Source: an uncultured Muribaculaceae bacterium (GTDB lineage Bacteria > Bacteroidota > Bacteroidia > Bacteroidales > Muribaculaceae). Taken from it: DNA of 64,000 bases. Under the pieces are notes generated by a model that saw only the letters and a list, made by a program, of their open reading frames with translations, did no database searches and was not told the origin of the DNA. Location of the stretch: positions 16,428 to 80,427 of the forward strand of contig CAJTYD010000002.1 in NCBI GenBank assembly GCA_910583775.1, written 5' to 3'. Position 1 is the first letter of the stretch, and the number at the start of each line of letters is the position of its first letter. The position numbers and the translations under genes were made by a program. Below, piece after piece: positions 19,963 to 30,007 of the stretch.

Positions 19963-21063
19963 TTAAGGCACTTTGTCTTCATTGGCCGCCAGACTTCCGG
20001 CTTCTTTTGCGAGCGATGAATAATTGCCCTTCTTATCGACCGCTATATATATCATGGTTATAATTCCGAGAAAGATCAGCATCACCGTCTGTCCGGACCA
20101 CTGCAGCATCGAGAAGGCAGTGCCGTCGGCATTGCTGATGCCGTAGATGGCGAGACCGAACATCACCGCTAAGTTCCAGGGGCCGAGACCGCCGTTGGAG
20201 GGGACGGCCATGCCGATCGAGCTGAGCACGAACGTAACCAGACAGGGGGTCAGTCCGAACGAAAGACCGGCCTCGCGGCAGAGGTCGCGCGTGAAGTCGA
20301 AAGCGAAAAACGCAACATAAAGCTGGAAATAATAGCATGCCCATATTCCTACCGAGAGCAGGATGAAGCCCCATTTCCCTTTCATCTTCGCCAATGTCTG
20401 GAAACCTTTCCAGCTGTCGGAGATCCATTGCCTGATACTCCTCACGGGCTTCGAGTCACGGCCGAAATAGAATATCGACCAGATCAAGGCGATGCTTCCG
20501 ACCAGCGCGATCCAGAACCAGGGGTTGGATCCGGTGGCGAGCAGGCCCTGCCCCATAGGATATTGCGAAAGAAAGGAATTGATCGCCGGAGTGGCGATGA
20601 TGAAGGTGAGTATTATCAGCGTGGCGCCGCAAAGGGCATCGGAGAATCTGTCGGCCACCATCGAGCCGAGCACCGCGGGGAAGGCGGCGTGCTCCCTGCG
20701 CGCGATATAAGTGCACCGCCATACCTCTCCGAGGCGTGGAAACACCAGATTAAGGGCGTAGCAGCCGAAGATCGAGCAGCAGAGTGCCTTGATCGGAGCG
20801 TGGATGCCTAAGCTCTTCAGCTGAATGCGCCAGCGAAGCGCGCGAAATATATGAGAAAGGACGCTCAGACCCATGGCGCACAATATCCAGCCATAGTCGA
20901 CGCCATGACTGATGATGTTCCAGATATCGGAGAAATCGACCTTACGGAACATATAAGTGACGAGAAGAACGGTCAGAGCCAGAGGCAAGAGCCATCTCAC
21001 CGCATAACCAGCTATCATTCTCGCCGGATTCTTTTTTGTGCCTTTATTTTCTTTGCTCTCCAT
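19963..21063 (-). CDS. Lysylphosphatidylglycerol synthase TM / flippase-like (YbhN) protein
   Basis: RALRW, NLVFPRLGEVWRC, PSNGGLGPW motifs; ATG at 21063. Confidence 0.88.
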   Translation of the reverse strand: MESKENKGTKKNPARMIAGYAVRWLLPLALTVLLVTYMFRKVDFSDIWNIISHGVDYGWILCAMGLSVLSHIFRALRWRIQLKSLGIHAPIKALCCSIFGCYALNLVFPRLGEVWRCTYIARREHAAFPAVLGSMVADRFSDALCGATLIILTFIIATPAINSFLSQYPMGQGLLATGSNPWFWIALVGSIALIWSIFYFGRDSKPVRSIRQWISDSWKGFQTLAKMKGKWGFILLSVGIWACYYFQLYVAFFAFDFTRDLCREAGLSFGLTPCLVTFVLSSIGMAVPSNGGLGPWNLAVMFGLAIYGISNADGTAFSMLQWSGQTVMLIFLGIITMIYIAVDKKGNYSSLAKEAGSLAANEDKVP

Positions 21064-21162
21064 AAATCGTCGCAATGGGCATTTCAACTGCAAAGATAAC
21101 TAATTCTCTTGATTCTTACACCTTTTATTCTTTTTTTTTGCATTCCGGCTGGCATTTTACCA

Positions 21163-21909
21163 TTATTTTGCCAAAAATTCCACCTCCTTAAACATGTATC
21201 GCGCTGTTTCGCCGTCCTTCTCTTTTTCAACCCCGAGCACGCCGCTCCGGTCGACTCCGAGGATTATTCCCCGGTAAATTTCTCCGGAAGCGACATCACG
21301 GAAAGGATGGCTTTTGCCGTCGAAGCGCCACATCCCCGACAGAAATTCCTCATGAAGCGCCGTCCGGCCCTCCTCGCTTTCAGCCTGCCGTAACCTCCGC
21401 TCCAGAGCCTCGGCGAGCCGCCGCAGCTCCGCGTCGACGGAATAACCCTTCCCGGTAAGCTGCGTCATAGAGACCGGATTGGGCGCATCGCTCAGGAAAA
21501 GACTCTGGTTGACGTTGATTCCGATCCCGGCCACGGTGTGGTCGATGGTCATGCCGGTGACGGAATGCTCTATCAGAATTCCGCATATCTTTCGGTCGCC
21601 CACATAGATATCGTTGGGCCACTTCACTTTCGCCTCGATTCCTGCGTCGGCGAGCATATCGACGACGGCGAGCGCGACGGCCTCGCTGAGCGAAAACTGC
21701 AGCGACGCGCGGAATGACCGAGGAAACCACAAAAGAGAGGCGGTGATGTTCTTGCCGGGCTCCGCCTCCCAGGAATTGCCGCGCTGGCCGCGGCCTGCGG
21801 TCTGGCGCCGCGCCGCCACAAGCACGGGCGCCTTAATGCCCATGCGAGCAAACAGGGCGGCCTCGCTGTTGGTGGAAGCCGCCTCTTCAAGAATTTCTAT
21901 TCCGATCAT
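21163..21909 (-). CDS. birA: Biotin--[acetyl-CoA-carboxylase] ligase
   Basis: STN, QTAGRGQRGNSW, KWPNDI, KICGILIE, GIGINVNQ. Confidence 0.96.
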   Translation of the reverse strand: MIGIEILEEAASTNSEAALFARMGIKAPVLVAARRQTAGRGQRGNSWEAEPGKNITASLLWFPRSFRASLQFSLSEAVALAVVDMLADAGIEAKVKWPNDIYVGDRKICGILIEHSVTGMTIDHTVAGIGINVNQSLFLSDAPNPVSMTQLTGKGYSVDAELRRLAEALERRLRQAESEEGRTALHEEFLSGMWRFDGKSHPFRDVASGEIYRGIILGVDRSGVLGVEKEKDGETARYMFKEVEFLAK

Positions 21910-21962
21910 AATTGCTATTCTTGACCTATGCGTTGAAACGCACTCACAGAACCAGCCTCTTA

Positions 21963-22144
21963 GAAACTGTTTAAATTTGTTTTCAAAGGATTTTGAGAAG
22001 ATTTTTGAGCTGTTTTCGCAAGTTGAGAAAGGAGAAACCTTTCGGTTTCGACTGCCGAAACTTGGCGGAAACAGCCAAAAAGATTCTTAAAAGCCTTGAA
22101 AGAAATACTATAATAAAATTTTCGAAAGAAATTTAAACAGTTTC
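21963..22144. mobile_element. 182-bp MITE, copy 2 (inverted relative to copy 1)
   Basis: Same TIRs; TTA duplication at 21960-21962 and 22145-22147, the latter being the tsaE stop codon. Confidence 0.92.
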
Positions 22145-22588
22145 TTAGAATCTCACGAGGCGCGAACCGTCTTCCTGCTCGGCGATATCGACATCTACGG
22201 TATCTTCCGGGAGGAAAGCCTCCACATTCTCGGGCCATTCCATCAGGCAGAGCGCTCCGCTCTCCCAGTAGTCGTCAAGGCCCATGTCGAGAGCCTCTTC
22301 GGGGGTCTCGATGCGGTAAAAGTCGAAATGATAGATCGGTTTTCCTGCAAGATCGGCGGGAAGGTTCCGGCTGCCTTCATCCACGACATATTCGTTCACG
22401 AGGCTGAACGTCGGGCTCGAAGACTCATCCTCCGAGCCGAGCGTGCGGCAGATCGCCGCGATAAAGGTCGTTTTGCCGACCCCCATGGGCGCATGGAAGG
22501 CGATATGCCTCTTCGGCCCTATCGCCCTGACGAACTCGCGGGCCGCCCGGTCGATATCCTCAAGATTCTCTATCCTTATCTCTGTCAT
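22145..22588 (-). CDS. tsaE: tRNA threonylcarbamoyladenosine biosynthesis ATPase
   Basis: MGVGKTT, SSPTFSLVNEY, YHFDFYRI, MEWPE. Confidence 0.96.
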   Translation of the reverse strand: MTEIRIENLEDIDRAAREFVRAIGPKRHIAFHAPMGVGKTTFIAAICRTLGSEDESSSPTFSLVNEYVVDEGSRNLPADLAGKPIYHFDFYRIETPEEALDMGLDDYWESGALCLMEWPENVEAFLPEDTVDVDIAEQEDGSRLVRF

Positions 22589-22784
22589 AGTCTTCTTCCA
22601 GTTTTTATAAATTTTATAAGTCTTATAAGTCTTATACGATTCCAGTGTCTTATATTTTATGCGCGAAGTTAGTGAAAATATCCGAAAGATTTCTTATTTT
22701 TGCAAATGAACCGAACCTTTGGAGCATTCCGTAGGTTTGAGTTTCAGAAAGATAAAAACCAAATCCAAGAATAACCAACACGAA

Positions 22785-23990
22785 ATGGGAAAAGTACTTA
22801 TTATCGGAGCCGGAGGCGTTGGTACCGTCGTGGCTCACAAATGCGCGCAGAACCGCGATGTCTTCACCGAAATAGTCCTCGCCTCGCGCACGAAATCGAA
22901 GTGTGACAGGATCGCCAAGGAGATAGGAGGCGGCATCGTCACCGACCAGGTTGACGCAGATTCCGTCGAGCAGCTCGTGGAGCTCTTCAACCGCCACAAA
23001 CCCGACATCTGCATCAACGTCGCCCTCCCTTATCAGGACCTCACCATCATGGAGGCCTGCCTGCAGTGTGGCGTCAACTATCTCGACACGGCCAACTACG
23101 AGCCCAAGGAGGAAGCCCATTTCGAATATTCATGGCAGTGGGCCTATCGCGACCGATTCGAGAAAGCCGGGCTCACAGCCATCCTCGGCTGCGGCTTCGA
23201 CCCGGGAGTGTCGGCGATTTTCGTGGCATACGCCGCAAAACACCATTTCTCCGAAATGAGATACCTCGACATCGTCGACTGCAACGCCGGCAACCACGGC
23301 AAGGCTTTCGCCACCAACTTCAACCCTGAGATCAACATCCGCGAAATCACCCAGAAGGGTAAATACTGGCAGGACGGCAAATGGGTGGAGACCGAAAACC
23401 TCGAGATCCATCGTCCGCTATCCTATCCCAACATCGGCGAACGCGAGTCGTATCTCCTCTATCACGAGGAACTCGAGTCGCTCGTGCAGAATTTCCCGAC
23501 AATCCGCCGCGCCCGCTTCTGGATGACCTTCGGTCAGGAATACCTCACCCATCTGCGCGTTATCCAGGACATAGGCATGGCGCGCATCGATCCGGTGATA
23601 TATAACGGTCAGGAGATCATTCCTATCCAGTTCCTCAAGGCTGTTCTTCCCGACCCGGGCACTCTCGGCGAGAACTATACCGGGGAGACATCGATCGGCT
23701 GCCGCATCTCCGGTCTCGACAAGGAGGGCCGCGAGTCGACCTATTACATCTACAACAACTGCTCGCACCAGGAGGCATACAAGGAGACGGGCGCCCAGGC
23801 CGTAAGCTACACCACCGGCGTTCCCGCCATGGTCGGCGCCTATATGTTCCTCAAGGGGGAATGGGTGAAACCGGGCGTCCACAATGTAGAGGAGTTCAAC
23901 CCCGATCCGTTCCTGGAAAAACTCGCCAAATCAGGGCTTCCCTGGCACGTCATCGAGAACGAGGACATCGAGTTCTCGCCCGAAGACTGA
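22785..23990 (+). CDS. Saccharopine dehydrogenase family / carboxy(nor)spermidine dehydrogenase
   Basis: IIGAGGVG, INVALPYQDL, YLDTANYE, GCGFDPG, FATNFNPEINIRE, QAVSYTTGVPA. Confidence 0.93.
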   Translation: MGKVLIIGAGGVGTVVAHKCAQNRDVFTEIVLASRTKSKCDRIAKEIGGGIVTDQVDADSVEQLVELFNRHKPDICINVALPYQDLTIMEACLQCGVNYLDTANYEPKEEAHFEYSWQWAYRDRFEKAGLTAILGCGFDPGVSAIFVAYAAKHHFSEMRYLDIVDCNAGNHGKAFATNFNPEINIREITQKGKYWQDGKWVETENLEIHRPLSYPNIGERESYLLYHEELESLVQNFPTIRRARFWMTFGQEYLTHLRVIQDIGMARIDPVIYNGQEIIPIQFLKAVLPDPGTLGENYTGETSIGCRISGLDKEGRESTYYIYNNCSHQEAYKETGAQAVSYTTGVPAMVGAYMFLKGEWVKPGVHNVEEFNPDPFLEKLAKSGLPWHVIENEDIEFSPED

Positions 23991-24016
23991 ATTCTGCTTA
24001 ACAAATAGTTTCTTAC

Positions 24017-26449
24017 ATGTTTATACGAAATTTGATCGCAGCGGCGCTGGGCATCGCCGGCGCCGCTGCCTTCGCAGTTACCGACACGCCTTCTGAATCA
24101 GTTACCCGCGAAGGCGACATTACTCTGGTTTCGACGCCCGGCTCCACCGTGGCGCTCACCCCGCTCGGCCCCGACATCTTCAGGATCTCCACCATTCCGG
24201 CCGGCACAAGACCCGCTTTCCCTAAATCGCAGTCGGCGGTGCTTCCGGCCGATTACACGGGCATCAGCGAGTTCACCACCCCCGAGGAGTTCATAATGAG
24301 TTCGTCGACCACCACCCTCAAGGTGAACCGCCTGACGGGAAAGGTGATGATCCTTAACGCCGCCGGCGACACCATCCTCTCCGAAACAGGCGGTGTCGAC
24401 AATTCCGGACCGATGAAGTCCGTCTCTTTCCGCGCCGACGGCCGAAACTACTACGGCGCCGGCGAGAGAGGCCATTCGCTGCGTCTCAACGGCGACACGC
24501 TCGTGATGTACAACCGCCAGAACTACGGCTACACCGGCGGCGATCCCCGTATCTCGCAGATGGGCATCACCGTGCCTTACATCGCCTCCGACCGCGGCTT
24601 CGGCATCCTCTTCGACGACTACAACGCCGCCGAGCTGATTGTCGGCGACACAGTTTTCTATACCTCAGAGACCCCGAAACCGTTGTCATATTATTTCATC
24701 AACGGCGAAGGCTCGCTCGCAGGCACCGTCGACGGTTACACCCGTCTCACCGGGCGCCAGCCGCTGCCTCCGTTCTGGTCATTAGGCTATATAACATCCA
24801 AGTATGGCTACCATAACGAGCAGGAGGCTCTCGGGGCCGTCGACTCCCTTAAAAGAGCCGGTTATCCTGTAGACGGCATCATCTTCGACCTCTACTGGTA
24901 TGGCAAGGAGACCGACATGGGGCGCCTCGAATGGAACAAGAACCAGTTTCCCGACCACCGCCGGATGCTCGACTCGCTTAAGAACATGGGTATCAACACC
25001 ATTCTTATCTCTCAGCCGTATATCAACAAGAAGGGGGCAATCGACAACTACAACTCCCTCGCCGAAGCCGGAATGCTTACGCGCGATTCCGCCGGCAAGA
25101 CCCACGACGTGACCACCTGGGTGGGCGACGCCGGTATGTTCGACATGTCGAACCCCAAGACCCGCGAATGGCTCTGGAACCGTCTGCGGCCGCTCACGGC
25201 CGAAGGCCTCGCCGGATGGTGGGGTGATCTCGGCGAACCGGAGGTGCATCCGCTGACCATCGTCCACGGCAACGGCGAGACAGCTTCGCAATATCATAAC
25301 GTCTATGGCAACGAATGGTCACGGACCATCTACGAGGGTCTGCGCAAGGATTTCCCGGAGATGAGGCCGATGCTGCTGATGCGCGGTGGAACCGCCGGAC
25401 TGCAGCGCTATTCCGTCTTCCCCTGGACCACCGACGTCTCCCGCTCGTGGGGCGGCCTGGAGCCCCAGGTGACGCTGATGCTCAACTCCGGCCTGTCGGG
25501 TCTCGGATATATGAGCTCCGACATCGGCGGATTCGCCGTCGATCCGAAAAATCCGACAGATCCCGAGCTGTATGTAAGATGGCTTGAATTAGGCGTGTTC
25601 TCCCCCGTGCTACGCACCCACTCGCAGACCGCGCCCGAACCGTATCATTATCCGCAGCAGGAGGAACTGACACGTTCGCTCATACGCCAGCGCTATGAAT
25701 GGCTTCCCTATAACTATACGCTTGCCTTCCTCAACGCCTCGAAGGGATATCCTATGGCGAGACCGCTGAACTTCAACGGAGAGAACGCCGGAGAGGAATA
25801 TGCCGGGCTTCGCGACGAATATCTCTGGGGCGACGAGGTGCTCGTGGCTCCGGTGCTTCAGAAAGGCGCCCGCACCCGCAGGGTGCTCTTCCCCGCCGGG
25901 GAATGGGTAAACTGGTATAACCCGCGTCTGCGCTATGCCGGCGGCCGTGCCGCATCCGTAGCAGCCCCCCTCGGCCGCATTCCTCTCTTCGTGAAGGCAG
26001 GAAGCTTTATCCCTGTTTATCCCGATTCCATCGGGAATGTAACGGAATATAAGTCCGACAGGCTGACAGTCCGCTACTTCCCCTCCGACGAGGAAAGCTC
26101 CTATACGCTTTTCGACGACAATCGCCGATCGCCCCTCTCGCTCGAGAGCAAGGACTATCAGCTCACAACCTTCACCGGCATAGCCAAAGGGAGCCAGATC
26201 ACTGTGTCGCTTAAGGCGGAAGGGAAATACGAGGGAATGCCACAAGACAGGATGATCACTCTGGAAATACCGGAGGCCCAGAAGCCTGAGACTGTCTCGC
26301 TCTCCGGCGCCGTCGGCATCCCCGAACTTGAGGAATCGGAATCGCCGAAAGCGATCCGCCAGTACGGCTGGGCCTACGACCCGGACCGCAACACCCTCGT
26401 TATCCGCATCGCATGGAACTACGCTCCCCTCACCGTCACCATCCGCTAA
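24017..26449 (+). CDS. GH31 glycoside hydrolase (alpha-glucosidase-like), secreted
   Basis: Signal peptide; LTGRQPLPP, DLYW, GWWGDLGEP nucleophile, WTTDV acid/base, SDIGGF, ELYVRW. Confidence 0.93.
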   Translation: MFIRNLIAAALGIAGAAAFAVTDTPSESVTREGDITLVSTPGSTVALTPLGPDIFRISTIPAGTRPAFPKSQSAVLPADYTGISEFTTPEEFIMSSSTTTLKVNRLTGKVMILNAAGDTILSETGGVDNSGPMKSVSFRADGRNYYGAGERGHSLRLNGDTLVMYNRQNYGYTGGDPRISQMGITVPYIASDRGFGILFDDYNAAELIVGDTVFYTSETPKPLSYYFINGEGSLAGTVDGYTRLTGRQPLPPFWSLGYITSKYGYHNEQEALGAVDSLKRAGYPVDGIIFDLYWYGKETDMGRLEWNKNQFPDHRRMLDSLKNMGINTILISQPYINKKGAIDNYNSLAEAGMLTRDSAGKTHDVTTWVGDAGMFDMSNPKTREWLWNRLRPLTAEGLAGWWGDLGEPEVHPLTIVHGNGETASQYHNVYGNEWSRTIYEGLRKDFPEMRPMLLMRGGTAGLQRYSVFPWTTDVSRSWGGLEPQVTLMLNSGLSGLGYMSSDIGGFAVDPKNPTDPELYVRWLELGVFSPVLRTHSQTAPEPYHYPQQEELTRSLIRQRYEWLPYNYTLAFLNASKGYPMARPLNFNGENAGEEYAGLRDEYLWGDEVLVAPVLQKGARTRRVLFPAGEWVNWYNPRLRYAGGRAASVAAPLGRIPLFVKAGSFIPVYPDSIGNVTEYKSDRLTVRYFPSDEESSYTLFDDNRRSPLSLESKDYQLTTFTGIAKGSQITVSLKAEGKYEGMPQDRMITLEIPEAQKPETVSLSGAVGIPELEESESPKAIRQYGWAYDPDRNTLVIRIAWNYAPLTVTIR

Positions 26450-26512
26450 CCCGATCATCACATTTCAGTATCAAATGCAGGGATATCCCTTTGGGATGTT
26501 TCACTCAAAAAT

Positions 26513-26545
26513 AAAAAGGATATGCAAATGCATATCCTTTTTTAA
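26513..26545. terminator. Bidirectional hairpin terminator between convergent genes
   Basis: aaaaggatatgca-aa-tgcatatcctttt. Confidence 0.7.
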
Positions 26546-26608
26546 TAAGTTCGGAAACGGAGCATAAGGCGCCCAACCACTAATTACTAATTGCTAATTA
26601 CTAAATGA

Positions 26609-26962
26609 TTAGAGCGGTGCGGGCACCGCACCGAGAAGCGCAGCGGCATCGGCCGTCGAGGGCGTTGTCCAGAGACCCACGAAGAAGAGGGCGATGCAGG
26701 CGAGGATCGTCAGCCACAGCCCGGCGTTGGCGATCGTCATGTTCTTCGACCGCACGAGCAGGTACCACAGCACGCCGACGGTCAGCGTCAGAAATCCCGC
26801 CCCCATTATCAGCTGGTTGCTGAGATGCAGCTTGGATGAATCAATGATCCAGAGGATAAATTCCACGATCGCGCACAGGCAGATCACCACTCCGCAGACG
26901 GTATAGAACTTGTTCAGTCCGCGGTTCACCCTATCTTTGACTTTTGGCTTTGTGTTTTCCAT
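26609..26962 (-). CDS. Small membrane protein (3 TM), hypothetical
   Basis: ATG at 26962 (MENTKPK), three hydrophobic segments. Confidence 0.65.
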   Translation of the reverse strand: MENTKPKVKDRVNRGLNKFYTVCGVVICLCAIVEFILWIIDSSKLHLSNQLIMGAGFLTLTVGVLWYLLVRSKNMTIANAGLWLTILACIALFFVGLWTTPSTADAAALLGAVPAPL

Positions 26963-27207
26963 AATACAATAAATTTTAACTAAAAAACATATCTCCCGCA
27001 AATAAAGTTTAAAAGCCCTCACACTCTATCCGAAATACATGTATAATCACAATATTTTCAATTAAATATGTTTTATAACACCTTATTATATTTGTATTAT
27101 GCCATATTTTGTCATACATTTGCCGAACGATAGAATCCATTATTATATTCATGATATATCATTTCTACCTGTCTCGTTCATTGTGTCAAACTTGAAGTCC
27201 TTCTGTT

Positions 27208-27224
27208 TTAGAAACTGTTTAAAT
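27208..27224. mobile_element. Solo left end of the 182-bp MITE / parent IS family
   Basis: TTA + GAAACTGTTTAAAT about 80 bp upstream of the C10 peptidase. Confidence 0.5.
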
Positions 27225-27304
27225 AATTATATTTCCTACTATAAACTCAAGACTTCAACGAAGCCATTTTTTCGAGACAAAAGTCAATAAACGATTTATT
27301 TTTT

Positions 27305-28705
27305 ATGAAAAGGATTATACCCTTGGCTATCCTTTGCTTTGGATTTGCCGCATGTTCTCAAACAGACATGCAACTCGAAAACCCGGAAAATAATCTTTCC
27401 GAAGTTTTCAACAAAACAAGAGAAAACAGCGATACTAAAGTCTCGTTCTCTCTCGCCGAAAAAGTGGCTCGCTCCACGCGCCCCGGCACTCGTGCCAATG
27501 ATAATATCAAAGATATCCGTCCTATATGTCTTGACAGCGGAGATCCTGTCTTTTATGCTGTGAATTTCTCAAATTTTGGTGGTTTTGTACTTGTTAGCGC
27601 TTCGCAAAATTACACACCTGTTTTAGCAGAAGTTGAGAAAGGATCTTTCGACATACTGAATTTGCCCGAAAATGTAAAATATTACCTCGAAGGTTATAAG
27701 TATGCAATAGAATCCTATAATGAGGCGCCGGAAGACAGTGTCAAGAAATACCGTAAACTATGGAAAAGATATCTTGATGAAGAACCAATAAAAAAGCAAA
27801 CCAGATCATCATCTCCTGAACTTGATACTTTTATTTACGACAGCCAAAGAAAATGGAATGGTAGTAGCTATGATTGGACTTCATTAGCAGAAAACAGACT
27901 TGGGCTTGATTTCTTCGATGATTTTGTGATTGAGTTCACAGATTCTCATCCCGACGCAGATTTAAGTACAATATTTATTGTAGCTTTACCAACTACAATT
28001 ACTACTTTTGTAGATAATTTTATTACAAGTGAATGGGGGCAAGAGGCTCCATATAACTCGCTTGTTCCCAATAACTATCCTGCCGGTTGCGTTCCGGTCG
28101 CCATGGGTCAGATCATGAGATACCATAAAAAGCCTGCCGGCTATAATTGGGAGGGGATGGCTGATTATTATAGCTTCTATGACTCTGCCCCGGAAGTCGC
28201 AAGACTTTTAAAGGATATTGGAACAAAAGTAAAAATCAGTTATACTCCGGATGGAAGTGGAGCTAAAATTTCAGATGCGCAGAAAGCTTTCAAATCATAC
28301 GGCTACTCAGATGCCAAGATAATAGATCACAATATATTTACCGTAGAAAACAATCTTTGCCAAAAATTAGCGGTATATGGCAGGGGAGAGAATCCATCTA
28401 CAGGCAAAGGGCATGCATGGGTCTATAGTGGATTTGATTATAAGGAAGATATATTCTATTATACTCTTCTGGTTCCTGTAGAGGATCCCACTTCTTCAAG
28501 TTATTTTAAATACAAATGGGAAGAGACTGAACTCGAAAAAGAAATGGCTGGTTATATGGTCTCCAAAAGGAAATTATATATAAACTGGGGTTATTACGGA
28601 TTGTATAACGGATGGTATTCCGATCATGATATAAGTTATACAGGAAGTGGTGGTAACAAAGTGATATATTCCCAAAATAGGAAAGACATAATTAATATAA
28701 AATGA
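27305..28705 (+). CDS. C10 family (streptopain/SpeB-like) cysteine peptidase lipoprotein with propeptide
   Basis: Lipobox FAAC; FYAVNF..GGFVLVSA propeptide; WGQEAPYN, catalytic AGCVPVAMGQ, GHAWV, YINWG. Confidence 0.92.
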   Translation: MKRIIPLAILCFGFAACSQTDMQLENPENNLSEVFNKTRENSDTKVSFSLAEKVARSTRPGTRANDNIKDIRPICLDSGDPVFYAVNFSNFGGFVLVSASQNYTPVLAEVEKGSFDILNLPENVKYYLEGYKYAIESYNEAPEDSVKKYRKLWKRYLDEEPIKKQTRSSSPELDTFIYDSQRKWNGSSYDWTSLAENRLGLDFFDDFVIEFTDSHPDADLSTIFIVALPTTITTFVDNFITSEWGQEAPYNSLVPNNYPAGCVPVAMGQIMRYHKKPAGYNWEGMADYYSFYDSAPEVARLLKDIGTKVKISYTPDGSGAKISDAQKAFKSYGYSDAKIIDHNIFTVENNLCQKLAVYGRGENPSTGKGHAWVYSGFDYKEDIFYYTLLVPVEDPTSSSYFKYKWEETELEKEMAGYMVSKRKLYINWGYYGLYNGWYSDHDISYTGSGGNKVIYSQNRKDIINIK

Positions 28706-28728
28706 GATTCCAACTAAACATTTATCTT

Positions 28729-29949
28729 ATGAAAACAAATTATTTGATATTGTCATCGATGATACTGACCGGCGTGCTTTCGGCATGCAGTAATGATGAC
28801 GATCCCGGCAAGAATGAGCCCATAAATATTCAGCTGACGCGGAGTGAGTCGGAAGCAGTAAAGGCTGTCAATGACTTTACATTCGATTTTCTGAAGGCAA
28901 CGGAGAATAATTACGGTGACAATAAGCCCAACTACATAATGTCGCCGCAGAGTGTTGCCTGGTGCGTGGCAATGGTGGCCAACGGAGCCGAAGATGGCAG
29001 CGAGACACTCCGCGAGATGCTCGGTGTGTTACACCTGGGCGATGCCGTAACCTTGCAGGATGTAAACGACTACTCGCTGAAGCTCATCGAGGCGATAACA
29101 GCCAAGAATGGCAGCGCGAAGGTAGGTGTGGCAAACGCGCTCCACTACAAGAGCACAATAGGCATCAACCGGACATTCGCGAACACCCTCAAGACTTTCT
29201 ATAAGGCCGGCGAATTCGTCGATCCCTCAAACAAAAATCTTGACTCCTGGATCAGCGATCACACAGGAGGCATGATAAAGGATTTCGCCAAGAAAAAGGA
29301 TATCGAAAATCACTCTTTCGGAGTATTGAACACTCTATATTTCGATGGAATATGGAAAAAGCGTTTTGACCCGAAGAATACGAAAGAAAGAGAATTCCGA
29401 AACGCGGACGGGACAAAGAGCATGCCTCTGATGATGTCGGAAGATCAGGATTGTATGGTGTCGCAAGATGAAAAATGCCATTTCCTCAAGCTCTACTTCA
29501 ACAATGAATCGTTCGCAATAAACTTCGTGATACCCACAGAGGGGAATACTATCAAAGATGTTCTGAGACACCTGGACGGAGAAAAATGGCGGAATCTTCT
29601 TGAAAAGGGAATAAGAACAAGGAACTCTGTTTTGATCCCTAAGCTCAAGCTGGAAAGTGACTTCGATTTTGTAAAAACTGCAAAGGATATGGGACTTAAA
29701 AAAGCATTCTCCACTCAGACCGAGTTGACAAAGATTGCATCCTCCCCCATAACGCTTTCCGCCATTGACCAGACATCGGTGCTCGAGCTTGATGAATCAG
29801 GAGTGAAAGCAGCCTCTGCTACCCACATAGGAGGAGACATTGCAAACGTTCTTTGGGATTCCTTCCTTTTAAACGAACCTTTCTATTTTTTCATAACCGA
29901 GGAAAGCACCGGCGCCATACTGTTTGCCGGGAAGGTCTCCCAGCTTTAA
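28729..29949 (+). CDS. Serpin family protease inhibitor lipoprotein
   Basis: Lipobox LSAC; NYIMSPQS, NTLYFDGIW, IPKLKLE, hinge ELDESGVKAASAT, NEPFYFFI...ILFAGKV. Confidence 0.93.
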   Translation: MKTNYLILSSMILTGVLSACSNDDDPGKNEPINIQLTRSESEAVKAVNDFTFDFLKATENNYGDNKPNYIMSPQSVAWCVAMVANGAEDGSETLREMLGVLHLGDAVTLQDVNDYSLKLIEAITAKNGSAKVGVANALHYKSTIGINRTFANTLKTFYKAGEFVDPSNKNLDSWISDHTGGMIKDFAKKKDIENHSFGVLNTLYFDGIWKKRFDPKNTKEREFRNADGTKSMPLMMSEDQDCMVSQDEKCHFLKLYFNNESFAINFVIPTEGNTIKDVLRHLDGEKWRNLLEKGIRTRNSVLIPKLKLESDFDFVKTAKDMGLKKAFSTQTELTKIASSPITLSAIDQTSVLELDESGVKAASATHIGGDIANVLWDSFLLNEPFYFFITEESTGAILFAGKVSQL

Positions 29950-29968
29950 TTACCGACAAATTCCACGG

Positions 29969-30007
29969 AATAATAATGGGCGCACGGATTGTGCGCCCAT
30001 TATTATT
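29969..30007. terminator. Perfect 17-bp inverted repeat, bidirectional terminator
   Basis: aataataatgggcgcac-ggatt-gtgcgcccattattatt between serpin and lpxB. Confidence 0.8.
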
